Below are positions 39,276 to 51,990 of a DNA stretch of 64,000 nt, in pieces. The position numbers and the translations under genes are program-made. The notes under the pieces were generated by a model. The model was not told the origin of the DNA. It saw nothing but the letters and a program-made list of their open reading frames with translations, and made no database searches. Each line of letters begins with the position of its first letter. Positions within the stretch are counted from its first letter, which is position 1. Source of the stretch: Squalus acanthias (Eukaryota); NCBI GenBank assembly GCA_030390025.1, contig CM059432.1:52888001-52952000 (forward strand). Reading direction: 5' to 3'.

Positions 39276-39376
39276 GCAGACCAATAAATTAAATCATCCT
39301 GACTATGCAGACCAATAAATTAAATCATCCTGACTATGCAGACCAATAAATTAAATCATCCTGACCAATAAATTAA
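39276..39376. repeat. 31-bp tandem repeat (about 3 units) at the palindrome centre
   Basis: Unit GCAGACCAATAAATTAAATCATCCTGACTAT at 39276, 39307 and 39338 (partial), plus a CAATAAATTAA remnant. Confidence 0.95.
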
Positions 39377-39474
39377 ATAGTCAGGATGATTTAATTTATT
39401 GGTCTGCAATTGTAAAGTACACATGCTTTGTTTTCTATCTATATATGCTTTGGAGATTCTGTATCTAATTTACT

Positions 39475-39517
39475 TCACCTGAGGAAGGAGCAAATCGATA
39501 GCTCCGAAAGCTTGTGA
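39475..39517 (+). ncRNA. Minimal hammerhead ribozyme motif (right arm)
   Basis: TCAC-CTGAGGA-A-GGAGC-AAATCGATA-GCTCC-GAAA-GC-TT-GTGA. Confidence 0.75.
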
Positions 39518-39971
39518 TTTCAAATAAAACTGTTGGACTATAACCTGGTGTTGTGCGACCTCTCAATTATATCACACTTACCCAGAGAACTTGGTATAGG
39601 CTGGGAACAACCAAGGACCACTAAGCATGCAGAGATACTGCTGCATTTTAACCAGCTAAAAGCTTGCAGCTTTCCCAGCACAAGGCACTAAGCTTGTCCA
39701 GCTAAAACCACCATGTCAGGGCATTCATGATGGGTTATGTGTAGCCAATTGATGGGACAAAATTCCAACTAGTTAATTGTCAATAGTACTCCAAACCTGC
39801 CAAACTCAGGTTACTGGATTACCAATGCCATCTATAATGCAACTGCTGGCAAGAAAATTACTCTCAAATTCACAGTACTTGTGAGCAACTTCAAAAGTGA
39901 CACTTACCTAAATAAAAAGATTTAAAAGAATACTCCAATACTTTACGTAATCTAACTACTCAGGTTCTTAC

Positions 39972-40139
39972 CTCTTCTGTATTTCCCCATTCAAGGAAGG
40001 TAATTTGGGTTGGAGGCCCTGCCGTCAGATGAATTCTTACATAATCCACAAAATCACGCCAAGCAAAACAAAGTTCTTTGTGACCAGTGGATCCAGGTAT
40101 AAACTTTATTCCCCGAACAACCATATACCGCCCATTTTC
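39972..40139 (-). CDS. SMCHD1: SMCHD1 internal coding exon, 168 nt
   Basis: TTCATAG|GAA ... GAG|GTAAGA; ENGRYMVVRGIKFIPGSTGHKELCFAWRDFVDYVRIHLTAGPPTQITFLEWGNTEE. Confidence 0.95.
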
Positions 40140-40289
40140 CTATGAAGAAAAGAAAAAGAGCTTCCATTTATATACCACCTTTCATGTCCTCAAAGTCCCA
40201 AAACACTTCACACAATGAATTACTTTTGCAGCATAGCTAGTTGCTTTAAGATGGTTTGATATAAATACATTTATATACGTCTGTAAACA

Positions 40290-40514
40290 TCACAATTAGA
40301 TCGGAAAAGCTTAAGTTTTCGTCAGTTCAACTGGTTTCACTGATTGCTGGCTACGGGGAGTTCCAGTGTCGGAGCAGTGAATAATTGACCACAACTTCAG
40401 GATTTCAGTGTTTATATGTGTATGTGCTAAATCCTGAAGTTACGGTCAGTTACAGAGGGGTAATGATGGCCAACGCTGACAGTTCGCCATCATTACCACT
40501 GCAAAATCTGGGCC
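40290..40514. mobile_element. Truncated Harbinger-type MITE (right end), same family as 13079-13769
   Basis: CCAGTGTCGGAGCAGTGAAT and GAAGTT.CGGTCAGTT shared with 13620-13710; ends GCAAAATCTGGGCC. Confidence 0.7.
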
Positions 40515-40664
40515 TTTAAAAATTATACTCAAGTTTTTAATTTCATAGGATTGAATATTTCTCATGCCAGTATCACCTGTACATTAGAGTAAACAAATTA
40601 AATTTTCTGGCGTTCAGTCATATAAACTTTAAATCAATAATAAAACTAGCATGGTTTCTTCTGA

Positions 40665-41690
40665 TCAAATTTGGTGTTTGATAAAGTACTACATAACTGA
40701 CTTGTTAGCAAAATTGAAGCCCATAGGATTAAAGAGGCAGTGGCAGCGTGGATACAAAATTGGCTAAAACACAAAAAGCAGAGAGTAGTGCAGACAGTAG
40801 TTTTTCCAGACTGGAGGGAAGTATAGGGGTCACTATTAGGACCACTGCTCTTTTTGATATATATTATTGACCTGGACTTGGGTGTAAAGGGAACAATTTC
40901 AAAGTTTGCAGATGACACAAAACTCGGAAATGTAGTAAACGGTGAGGAGGATAGTAGCAGACTTCAGGAGGACTTAAGGCAGACTGGTGAAATGGGCGGG
41001 CACATGGCAGATGAAATTGAATGCAAAGAAGTGTGAAGTGATGCATTTTGGAAGGAAGAACAAGGAGGCAAAATTAACTAAATGGTACAATTTTAAAGGG
41101 TGTGCAGGAACAGAGAGACCAAGGAGTTCACATACATACATTTTTGAAGGCTGCAGAATAAGTTGACAGAGCTGTTAAAGCATATGGGATCCTGGGCTTT
41201 ATAAAAGTACAAAAGCAAGGAAGTTATGCTACACCTTCATAAATCATTGATTCAGCCTCAGCTGGAGTAATGTGTCCAAATCTGGGCACCACACTACAGG
41301 AAGGATGTCAAAGCCTTGGAGAGGGTGCAGAGAAGATTTACTAGAATGATACCAGGGATGAGGGACTTCAGTTATGTGGACAGACAAGAGAAGTTGGGAT
41401 TGTTCACCTTAGAGCAGAGAAGGTTAAGGGAAGATTTAATAGAACTGTTCAAAATTATGAAGGGTTCTGATAGAGTAAATAAGGAAAAATAGTTTTTACT
41501 TGCAGGTGTGTCAGTAACCAGAGGACACAGACTGAAGAGAATTGGCAAAAGAACCAGGGGAAAGATGAGATTTTTTTTAATTTTTTTTATAAACACAGCG
41601 AGTTATGATGATTTGTAATGCACTGCCTGAAAGGGTGGTGGAAGCAGACTCAATAGTAACTTACAAAAGGGAATTAGATAGCAGGTCAAT
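40665..41690 (+). mobile_element. 5'-truncated CR1 LINE
   Basis: ISKFADDTKLG in ORF 40854-41036 plus downstream CR1 sequence. Confidence 0.85.
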
Positions 41691-43479
41691 TGGGGGCCAC
41701 TAGTTGAGGTTTAGTTGCAACTGCTTTCATGAAGAGCCTGTTGCCTGGAATCACAAGAAAAGCTGCTGCCACTAACCCAAAAACCTGCAAATAACAAGCC
41801 ACCAAAATTCCATCACCTCCTCAGAGGGTGAGGCATTCTAGGCACATTCCAGAAACAGTTGAGTGGTTGTCAGACTTTGCACAAAGATGTCTACAACCAA
41901 GAATCTGCTAGGATTTTTCCAAATGAATGAGATGCTCCAACTTTTCCAATGTACTCAAAACTTGGACAGAAATGTCTGCAGTTTTGAGAGAAAGCTTGGA
42001 CTAGCCTATTGTCTAAACAAAAGCAGTTATCAATCTATGACAACTAAAGTAAGGCTGTTATACTTCCTGAATATCCTGTGTGGTGATGACAGATCATTTT
42101 AGTAATTTACTCCTCCTCCAATCTAATACCTTGGATGAGAAAGTCTTATGGTTATGCGAAATCTCTCAGATGTGCCACCTGACAATCTGCTGTATTTCTA
42201 CTTACAAATGAATTTGTTGAAGACCTTCAGGGCTTTTATTAACAAGATCAGAGCCTTAGCTTTCTCAAAGCTCAAGTGGAACTTGTAGCAGGATTTGAAG
42301 AGACAGATGTCAAGATGAGAGGCAACTTGGACAACAAAATAGAGATCTCCTGAGAAGAAAAGTGAGGGACCAGGTGGCTCTAATCATTCTGTAATGCAGA
42401 GGGCTGAAAAATAATCAGCTAAAGCAGAGTTAAAAAAGAATGTCAGCCTGTGTTAAGGCTGCAATTGATATGGATGCTAGTCCAGCATTTGCCAGCATCA
42501 GCTAAGGGATTTAACAAGCAATGCTGACAAAACAATGTGGGATACAAGGCCATTAACAACTGCTGACAGATTTGAATCCTTCACAAAAGGAAGCTTTTAA
42601 GTGAATGAGATTATACATCCAATGTCTTGACTGCAATCTAGATGTGGCGAAAGGACTTGCGCACCTCCATGACCTGAAGAAATGTAATAGCAGTAGCCTT
42701 GCTACAAGTAGGGCCATTTAAGTTGGGATGGTCAAAGAGTAGATTAAAAAGCAGATACAGGCTATCCAAGTACAATCTCACCATCCTACATAGGGAACTC
42801 TAATTTAAGAGTTACGGGGATAACAAATCTATAAATCCCAGCTACAGTGGTGTGTAATACTGTACCACAAGATTAAGAGTGCATCAAAATCCTCCATCGA
42901 TGCTCGAAGACTACATTCCAAAATTTGCCAGCCAGCTTCCAGAAGTGTGAAACTAGCTCAGCACAAATTACTTTCACTTGGATCCATTCCTGTACAGGTA
43001 TATTTCTTGTTGCTGGAGGAAACAGAAGACCTGCAACAATGGTCAAGTGGAAAAGTGATAGGCATGGTGATGCTGGAAGCCACAGCTAAGTAAATGAAAG
43101 ATGTTTTTTCTGGAACAATGAAAAAGTTAATTTATCATTTCCTATTAGACACACATGGCCACTTATTAGGAACCAAGCTATTGGTATCACCTAAGTAGAA
43201 CAAGTTGCAAATCTCACCCAGGTGACAGAAATAGGTAATATCGATCTCCAGGCTAAACAGTTCTAAAGTAACAGTGCGATACAAGCAAGTTTAAAAATCT
43301 GGGGTATTCTTGATTTTGTATCATTTTACTTTTTTTTTAAAAAGCAAGTTAGCTTTTAGGTCTGAGCTGTATGGTCTGCAATGTGTAGTATTCAACTAGT
43401 TCAGGGAGCTTTGGAGCAGCTCATATTATTTCAAGTGCATACCACAGAAAGGTGGAAAGGTTTACTGTGACAATGCCAT

Positions 43480-44110
43480 TCTAGATATTTTGCACACAAG
43501 GTCAAGCTTTGGTTCATAGGAAGCATGGGCTTGCCTAAGCTGCTTTTTTCATTCAGCATAGGTATTGGGAAGCAGCCAAAATTGTAACAGACATCATCTG
43601 AGGTGTTGCCATTCACCCGAATGGTTTCAGGAAAGCCAATAGTAATTATCTCCTTCTTATGGCAAAAGGCATCAAGCATGAGCTGGCCAACACCAATCTA
43701 TTTTCAAACAAACAAGCCCAAAAACATCTCTAGTGCATCCATGATCCAAGAACTGGCATGTGAGCGATCACCTCACTGTCCAGCAGCAAGATTCACCAGA
43801 GCTACGCAGGAAGCAGAATGTGAGACAAACCACCAGATATGTTATGTTCTAAGCTGCTGCTGACAATCCAATTACTTTGTTACAGAACTACCTTGAAGCC
43901 TACATGGATGGGAATCCTGGAGATGTTACCATGATCACATTTGGCAGCTTAATAAATTCCCCCAGCTTCAACATTCTAGATACATCATGTGCATCAGGTG
44001 GGCAGATAAAATTACAAACAATAAGGTCTTTAAGCACTCCAAGACCATCAGCATTGAGACAACCCTGCCAAAAGCACAGCTGCACTGGTCAGGACATGTC
44101 ACCGGTACAG
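43480..44110 (+). mobile_element. Highly decayed RTE-clade LINE (may extend upstream to about 41.8 kb)
   Basis: 43900-44061 translates LHGWESWRCYHDHIWQLNKFPQLQHSRYIMCIRWADKITNNKVFKHSKTISIET, like RTE LYGCETW..YRRHI..L..FHQR.LR.I..I.WQDRITN.EVL. Confidence 0.6.
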
Positions 44111-45581
44111 AGGGCTCTAAAGTCCCAAAAAGGATTCTGTGGAGTGTTGGAACATGAAAAGTAAAAGGAAGAGAGAAACAACAGCACAATATCATGAAAG
44201 GCACTATATCAATGCAAGTTTTTTCTCTCTCAAAAATATCGCCAGCTGGGAAAATCTCATGGCTGAACACACGAGTTGGGAAGTAAAAATACATGGCAGT
44301 GTAAACTAGTACAAGCACCAGCACATTGATATCTTGAAGTAGAATTGGCACCAGTAGGAAAGCGAACAGGAGCAGCCAGTCAACCGTTGCCTACTGTTTG
44401 GATATTTGAAACATATGGGAATTCTTGTCTCTCTTTCTCTCACATGGGCCTCAATAGTCAGCACAGTAAACAAGACAATTTCTTTCTAGCAAGAGTTGTC
44501 ATTTCAATATGAAGGGCTATCACCAGGTGGCATCAGTCTGAAGGGACCATATGCATATTTATTGAAGAGAGGAGGAGCAAGGGGCAGAAGCAATATTCCA
44601 ATGTTCAATCAAGAAAGATTTCAACCAGAGTAAAGATGTCGATCAAAGATTTTTGACCAAAGCTAAGAGGATCAGCATGTGCTCTGGGGAGCTCTGCTTT
44701 GCAAAATAGTGTTTTAGTAAACAGTATTGACAATTAGCTGCCTGCATACGCACGCTGTTGGACTTAGATGAACAAGACGCAAACTGTTTCACAACAAGAT
44801 GAGAGGAGGATTACACAATACTATTATCAGTAGTTGACTGCTAACATTTCCAAAAGAGCATAGGTTCTGGAGTCCTTAAAGATATAAGAGGGAACACACA
44901 CGCATACTTGGGAACACCTGCAAGATAGCCAATGGTTCAATTCTAGCACAGCCACTGAATGAAACAAAACCAACATCAAGCTTTACTAGAAAGTAGTGTC
45001 TGGCATAGATCCAACCCAAGAATTTGATATGAAAAGTAAACTGTTCTCCAATGAAATTCCATTTCAACTTTTAAAAGACAGCCAAAAATACTGGATACGT
45101 GAAACATGTGGGAGCACTTTCATAGAAAATATAGCTAAAGTCAAATTGCTGGAGCTTACTATCCAAGGTTCCCAAATAGTCAAATGAGAATAAACATTTC
45201 TTGTGTGAAGACAGTAGTGAGAAAACTACTGCTGCCAAAAGGAACAGAACTAAAAATGAAAGGCCTGGACAAGATCATTCATACAATGTGAGCAGAAAAA
45301 ACACACATCTTGCAATGATGGCAAGCTCAGAGCTCTTAAAAGACTCTCCCCCAACCCCAACCCCATCCCTTGTTTTGAATAATGGATAGGATTATTTTGC
45401 CTCCTTCCCCTTGTTCTGGATGGTGGATACCTATAGTTTGTGGAAAGAATGAGGAAGAACCAACAATGTCATGAAACAAACTGTGCAATGGTTTACATAC
45501 CAAACTTCCTCAGTTTAAGAGAAATATTCCCCAGCAAAAGACAGAATGGTAAGTTTCTTGAAACTTGAATATTTGTTGTAC

Positions 45582-45700
45582 CTGCCAAGTGACTTTCAGT
45601 TTACTCTTGTCAAGTCCTTCTCCAGCTATTCCCAATAAATTTACACAAGAGGATGTCAGGGTTTGAATCTGATTGCCATGACGATCAGTAAGTGTTGAAT
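45582..45700 (-). CDS. SMCHD1: SMCHD1 internal coding exon, 119 nt
   Basis: TTTTAG|AT TCA ... TGG CAG|GTACAA; (H)STLTDRHGNQIQTLTSSCVNLLGIAGEGLDKSKLKVTWQ, versus recalled human TDQYGNQIQ...IAGVGLDSSNLKTTFQ. Confidence 0.92.
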
Positions 45701-48222
45701 CTAAAATGAAAAAGGGAAATAATGATATTTTATATTCAGGAGGAACCTTAAGAATTTATCCTCGACCTGTCATAAAAAAATGACCTCTTGTAGTTATGGT
45801 GAAAATATCAACGAGCACAGCATTATGTTACAATCAAAACTTGCTGCTGTGCCACCATACGTCATCTTTTCTGACCCTTGAGCTTTGAAAGTTTGTCCAC
45901 CTATGTACATCTTGGAACAAAGCAACACAAATCAATAGAATTTAATAGTTTTTATTCTGTTGTGCTGACCAAAGTAATGGGCAAACATTAAAATAGTTAA
46001 CTAGCTGAAGTATAGACTGCCTCATTGTTTGAATGAGATGCAACTTATATACGTACACTAGGAATTTCAGTCAACCACAAGGAAACCGAGGCAGACCCGT
46101 CTTTAAGTCATGCAATGTCACCTTCCCCCAATTTGCTATAAAAATATACCCGATTTGGACCGTGCTTTTACCTCTGACTGAAGGGAGCAGCACTGAGTCC
46201 CCAAGTAACATCAAGAGCACTGAAACTTACAATAAAGAAAAAAAATTGCTTCAAGCAACAGGGGTAGTTTAAAAAACCCACTAGAGTTAGGGCAAGAGAG
46301 AATTTCAATATAAACAAACACGTGAACAAGTATTAGGTATGAAGTGTCTGGTATTCGCTGGAGGATAAAATGAGTTGACCAGAAACAAGCTACCAGGTAG
46401 AACTCAGGAACCCCATACCAAGTGGTGAAAAATAAATGATGCATTGGTCAGAGAGAGATGTTGCTAACCACCAAAACAAAAAACTGCATCAAAAACACAT
46501 GTTCTTCCGATAAACATTTATAGGAAATACAAGAACTGCACAATTATGAATGTCATATGTACAGCCAACACTGCTACTGCAACTAGCAAGCCACTCAGTT
46601 GTACCAAACCGCTATGAAAAACTATAACAATAAAATCGGACGGACCACCCAGCTTCAACCTAGGCACCAGATTAAGACACGACAAATGCACACCCAGCCC
46701 AGTCAACCCTGCAAAGTCCTCCTCACTAACAACTGGGGACTTCTGCCAAAATTGGGAGAGCTGTCCCACAGGCTAGTCAAGCAACAGCCTTAAGTAGTCA
46801 TACTCTCAGAACCATACCTTTCAGCCAAAATCCCAAACTCTTCCACCACCATCCTTGGGTATGTCCTGCCCCACCAGCAGAACAGACCCACCAGAGGTAG
46901 CGGCACAGTGGTATAAAGTTGGGAGGGAGTGGCCCTGGGAAAGCTCAACATTGACTCCGGACCCCATGAAGTGTCATGGCATTAGGTCAAACACAGACAA
47001 GGAAACCTCCTGCTGATTACCACCTACCATCCTCTTTCAGCTGATGAATCAGTACTCCTCCATGCTGAACACCACTTGGAAGAAGCACGGAGGGCAGCAA
47101 GGGCACAGAATGCACTCTGGTTGGGGGCTTCAATGTCCATCACCAAGTGTGGCTCAGTAGCACCACTACTGACTGAGCTGGCCGAGTCCTGAAGGGCATA
47201 GCTGCCAGACTGGGCCTGCAGCAGGTGGTGAGAGAACCAACATGAAGGAAAAACCCACCTGACCTCATCCCCACCAATCTACCTGTCGCAGATGCAGTTG
47301 TCCATGACAGTATTGGTAGCAGTGACCACTGCAATGTCCCTGTGGAGACAAAGTCCCATCTTCACACTGAGGACACCCATCATGTTGTGTGGGATAGATT
47401 CAGAACAGATCTAGCAGCTCAAAACTGGGCATCCATGAGGCGCTGTGGGCCATTAGCAGCAGAACTGTATTCCACCACAATCTAACCTCATGGCTGGGCA
47501 TATCCCTCACTCTAACATTACCATCAAGCTACGGTACTAACCCTGGTTCAATGAGGAGTGTAGAAGAGCATGTCAGGAGCCGCACCAGGCATACCTAAAA
47601 ATGAGATGCCAACCTGGATAAGTTACAACACAGGACTACATGCATGCTAAACAGCGGAAGCAGCATGCCAACAGAAACAGCGAAGCGATCCCACAACCAA
47701 CGAATCAGATCAAAGCTCTGCAGTCCTGCCACATCCAGTCGTGAATGGGGGTGGACAATTAAACAACTAACAAAAGGAGAAAGCTCCATGAACATCCCCA
47801 TCCTCAATGATGGCGGAGCCCAGCACGTGAGTGGAAAAGACAAGGCTGAAGTGTTTGCAACCATCTTCAGCCAGAAGCGCCGAATGGATGATCCATCTTG
47901 GCCTCCTCCTGAGGTCTACACTATCCCTAAGCCAGTCTTCAGCCAATTCAATTCACTCCACGTATATCAAGAAACTACTGAGTGCACTGGATACAGCAAA
48001 GGCTATGGGCCCTGACAACATCGCGGCTGTCGTGCTGAAGACTTGTGCTTCAAAACTTGCTGGGCATCTAGCCAAGCTGTTCCAGTACAGCTACATCACT
48101 GGCATGTACCCGACAAAGTGGAAAATTGCCCAGGTATGTCCTATCCACAAAAAGCAGGACAAATCAAATCCGGCCAATTACTGCCCTATCAGTCTACTCT
48201 CAATCAGCAGCAAAGTGATGGA

Positions 48223-48768
48223 AAAAGAAAGAAAAAAACTTGGATTTATATAGCGCCTTTCATGACCACTGGACGTACCAAAGCCCTTCACAGCCAATGA
48301 AGTACTTTTTGAAATGTAGTCACGATTGCAACGTAGGAAATGTGGTAGCCAATTTGCGCACAGCAAGCTCCCACAAACAGCAATGTGCTAATTACGAGAT
48401 AATCTGTTTTAGTGATGTTGATTGAGGGATCAATATTGGCTAGGACTCCTGGTATAACTTATCTTTGAATAGTGCCATAGGATCTTTTACTTCCACCTGA
48501 GAGAGCAGACAGGGCCTCGGTTTAACATCAGCCATAATCTTATTGAATGGTGGAGCAGGCTCGAGGGGCCATATAGCCTACTTCTGCTCTTATTTCTTAT
48601 GTTCTTAACATCTCATCCGAAAGACAGCAGCTCCGACAGTGCAGCACTCTCTCAGTACTGGAGTGTCAGCCTAGATTTCTGTGCTCAAGTCCCTGGAGTG
48701 GGACTTGAACCCACAACCTTCTGACTCAGAGGCGATGGTGCTACCAACTGAGCCATGGCTAACGCACC
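48223..48768 (-). mobile_element. DeuSINE-like tRNA SINE nested in family X copy 4
   Basis: Colinear with 12228-12650; interrupts host GTGATGGAA|GG.GTCGT with GAA duplicated. Confidence 0.85.
48530..48604 (+). mobile_element. 75-bp CR1 3' end nested in the SINE
   Basis: Matches 38985-39060; TSD TTAACATC at 48522-48529 and 48605-48612. Confidence 0.85.
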
Positions 48769-49533
48769 AGAAGGGGTCGTTGACAGTGCTATCAAGCAGC
48801 ACTTACCAATAACCTGCTCACTGATGCTCAGTTTGTGTTGCATCAGGACCACTTGGCTCCAGACCACATTACAGCCTTGGTCCAAACATGGACAAAATAC
48901 CTGAATTCCAGAGGTGAGAACAGAGTGACTGCCCTTGACATCAAGGCAGCATTTGACCAGAGTCTGGCATGAAGCAGCCCTCGTAAAATTGAAGTCAATG
49001 GGAATCAGGGGGAAAATGCTCCACTGGCTGGAGTCATACCTAGCACAAAGGAAGATGGTTGTGGTTTTTGGAGGCCAATCAGCTCAGCCCCAGGACATCG
49101 CTGCAGGAGTTCCTCAGGGCAGTGTCCTAGACCCAACCATCTTCAGCTGCTTCATCAATGACCTTCCCTCCTTAAGGTCAGAAGTGGGGATGTTTGCTGA
49201 TGATTGCAGTGTTCAGTTCCATTCACAACTCCTCAGATAATGAAGCAGTCTGTGCCCGGATGCAGCAAGACCTGGACAACATTCAGGCTTGAGCTGATAA
49301 GTGGCAAGTAACATTTGCATCACACAAGTGCCAGGCAATGACTATCTCCAACAAGAGAGAGTCTAACCACCCCCCCTTGACATTCAATGGCATTACCATC
49401 CTCTAATCCCCCACTAACATCCTGGGGGTCACCACTGACCACACACTTAACTGGACCAGCCACATAAATACTGTGGCTACAAGAGCAGGTCAGAGGCTAG
49501 GTATTCTGCAGCAAGTGACTCACCTCCCGACTC

Positions 49534-49672
49534 ACAGAAACATAGAAAAATAGGAGCAGGAGTAGGCCATTCGGCCCTTCGAGCCTGCTCTGCCATTCAG
49601 TATGATCATGGCTGATCCTCTATCTCAATACCATATTCCCGCTCTCTCACCATACCCCTTGATGCCTTTGGT
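49534..49672 (-). mobile_element. CR1 3' end nested in family X copy 4
   Basis: ATAGGAGCAGGAGTAGGCCATTCGGCCC tail; TSD GACTC. Confidence 0.85.
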
Positions 49673-50849
49673 GACTCCCCAAAGCCTTTCCACCATCTAC
49701 AAAGTACAAGTCAGGAGTGTGATGGAATACTCTCCACTTGCCTGGATGAGTGCAGCTCCAACACTCAAGAAGCTTAACACCATCCAGGACAAAGCAGCCG
49801 GCTTGACTGGCACCCCATCCACCTTAAACATTCACTCCTTCCACCACCGGCGCACTGTGGCTATGTGTGTACCATCTACAAGATGCACTGCAGCAACTTG
49901 CCAAGGCTTCTTTGACAGCACTTCCCAAACCTGTGACCTCCACCACCTAGAAGGACAAGGGCTGCAAGTGCATGGGAACACCACCACCTAAAGTTACACA
50001 CCATCCTGACTTGGAAATATATCGCTGTTCCTTCAGCGTCGCTGGGTCAAAATCCTCGAACTCCCTCCCTAACAGCACTGTGGGAGTACCTTCACCACAC
50101 GGACTGCAGCTCTTCAAGAAGGCGGCTCACCACCACCTTCTCAATGGTAATTAGGGATGGACAATAAACGACAGCCTTGACAGCGATGCCAACATTCCGT
50201 GAATTAATTAAAAAAAAACTATGAGGCATGATTCTGAACAAATCTTTATACACAATAGATGGGGGTGAAATCACCGTACCAAAATGGTAGTGAATTTTTG
50301 AAAGGAATAATGCCTCGATTAATTCTCTCTCTCCCCCCCCCACCCCCGGACCCAGGTGAATGAGTAAATCCTAATTTTGGATGCAAAATATCAAATTAAA
50401 ACCAAACATTTGCTACCATTTTCTTCAACATAACTGAACCCCATTCCTTTGATATGAACAACTTATATCAAACAGATGGCGAGATTGACAGATGTCAAGA
50501 CCTGCTTCAGAAAATCATATGCATGTACTTAGGCTTGCATTTTATTTGCAATCATAAACATTGAACACAAGCTCCATTGTTTTAACAGAATAGATATGTC
50601 CACATTAATAGTCACACAGATGGTTCTATGGTACAGCCAGAAAAAGTGGAAGGCTGCATTTGCATGGCTATTTTTTCATGCAGTTACCATTAGAGAAAGC
50701 CTGTTTGGAAGGCATGCTGTTTTTAACCTGGTGTACAAGTAGAACCCCCGTATGCTTTCAGAAGTGGATATTTTAATAACAAAACAGCACTAAAAATACT
50801 ACCAGAATCATAATTCTTAAAAATAAATTTCAAAACAAACTCAACTTAC

Positions 50850-50938
50850 GTATTTCTCCTTGTAGCTCTTCGCCCATCTGAACGGTACTTAATCCTTTCA
50901 AGGAACATTTCAAAAGCTTTGGTTCATCTGGCTGTGGT
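50850..50938 (-). CDS. SMCHD1: SMCHD1 internal coding exon, 89 nt
   Basis: TTTTAG|A CCA ... [39 protein letters not shown]; phase 2 in, phase 1 out. Confidence 0.93.
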
Positions 50939-51619
50939 CTAAAAGTTGGTAAAATGCACTGTATTAAATGGAAAATTCCCCAAAACTCAAGTTTCTAGCC
51001 TCTTACGGCCAATATGGTTTCACCACAACAGCAGATTAAGAACACTATTCCACAGTTCGAACCTCTGTAGTTCTTTCAGCATAAGTTTTGCAAGTCTGGT
51101 AAAGATGGCCTAACTAAATAAGTTGATACCATATCAAGGTAAATGGTGAGCCTCAGGTCTGACCACAAAGTATTTCTGAATGCTTGTGTCTATATTCCCA
51201 CCTCTTAATTATATTTTCACTTATTTTTCTCTCTCTCTCCCCCTCATTTCTAGCTTTTAGCATTTGACCTACTCTCACATTTCTCTTGTATACTTTCCTT
51301 TTAAATTTCCATGTTATACAAATTCTCAAAATGAATAGTGGAACCTTCTCAAATTAACATCTAATGGAGTGCAGTATCTGTACAAAAAGCAGGGGTTGAA
51401 GCAGCTTAGTAAGAAGCACACACCACATGTTTTCATGTATAAGCCAACTTTTCATGGCAACAAACACTACAGCATGATGGAATGAACAAAATTCACTCAC
51501 CTAGAGTCTTAAGCTGTGCTACCATATTATTTCTACAAATCTCTGGGTAACCCAAGTGCGACTGAACATCCTAGATCAAGATCCGTTTGTATGAGATCTC
51601 TTGGGTTTTGTTCAAGGAA

Positions 51620-51990
51620 ATCAGTCTTGAGTTTGACTCAATTGGTACCAATATTGTCTCAGTCAGAAGTTTGCAGGTTCAAGCTGACTCCAGCACATAA
51701 ATTAGGCTGACACCAGTGCAGTAGTGCACTGTCATGAGTTGCCATCCTTCAGACAAGGTGTCTAACCAAGGCAAGCCTCGCCCTTCGCCTATTATAGTGG
51801 TGCAGATGGAAGACGACTTCATGGTACAGTACTATTCAAGAGTCCAGTGCCCCAGTTGAGGTTCCTCCTTCCACAATCACCAAAAACATATTAACTAGTC
51901 ATTCATCTCATTGCTGTTTATGGGACCTTGCTGTGAGCAAAATGGCTACTTGAGAGACATGATAAGATGCCACATAAATACAGGTCTTAC
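51620..51990 (+). mobile_element. Old DeuSINE-like SINE
   Basis: AGTCAGAAG...GGTTCAAG...CCAGCACATAAATTAGGCTGACAC...; reverse-complement similarity to 48223-48768. Confidence 0.55.

Larger units (their letters stand above)
39078..39568. mobile_element. Penelope-like insertion with inverted pseudo-LTRs (palindrome)
   Basis: Arms 39115-39306 and 39377-39568 are exact reverse complements; 12-bp TSD ATATCACACTTA at 39066-39077 and 39569-39580. Confidence 0.85.
46583..50218 (+). mobile_element. Family X LINE copy 4 (head mostly truncated) with nested inserts
   Basis: Begins CTAGCAAGCCACTCAGTTGTACC as in copy 2; APE and RT motifs; same tail. Confidence 0.9.

Noticed and set aside
41700..45450. Possible endogenous virus, DIRS recombinase or processed pseudogene
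   Set aside because: The only recognisable peptide is RTE-like (43900-44061); other short motifs were too weak to call
45690..45700. Divergent HSTL residues at the exon start suggesting a wrong acceptor
   Set aside because: The canonical TTTTAG acceptor, correct phase and expected length favour simple divergence
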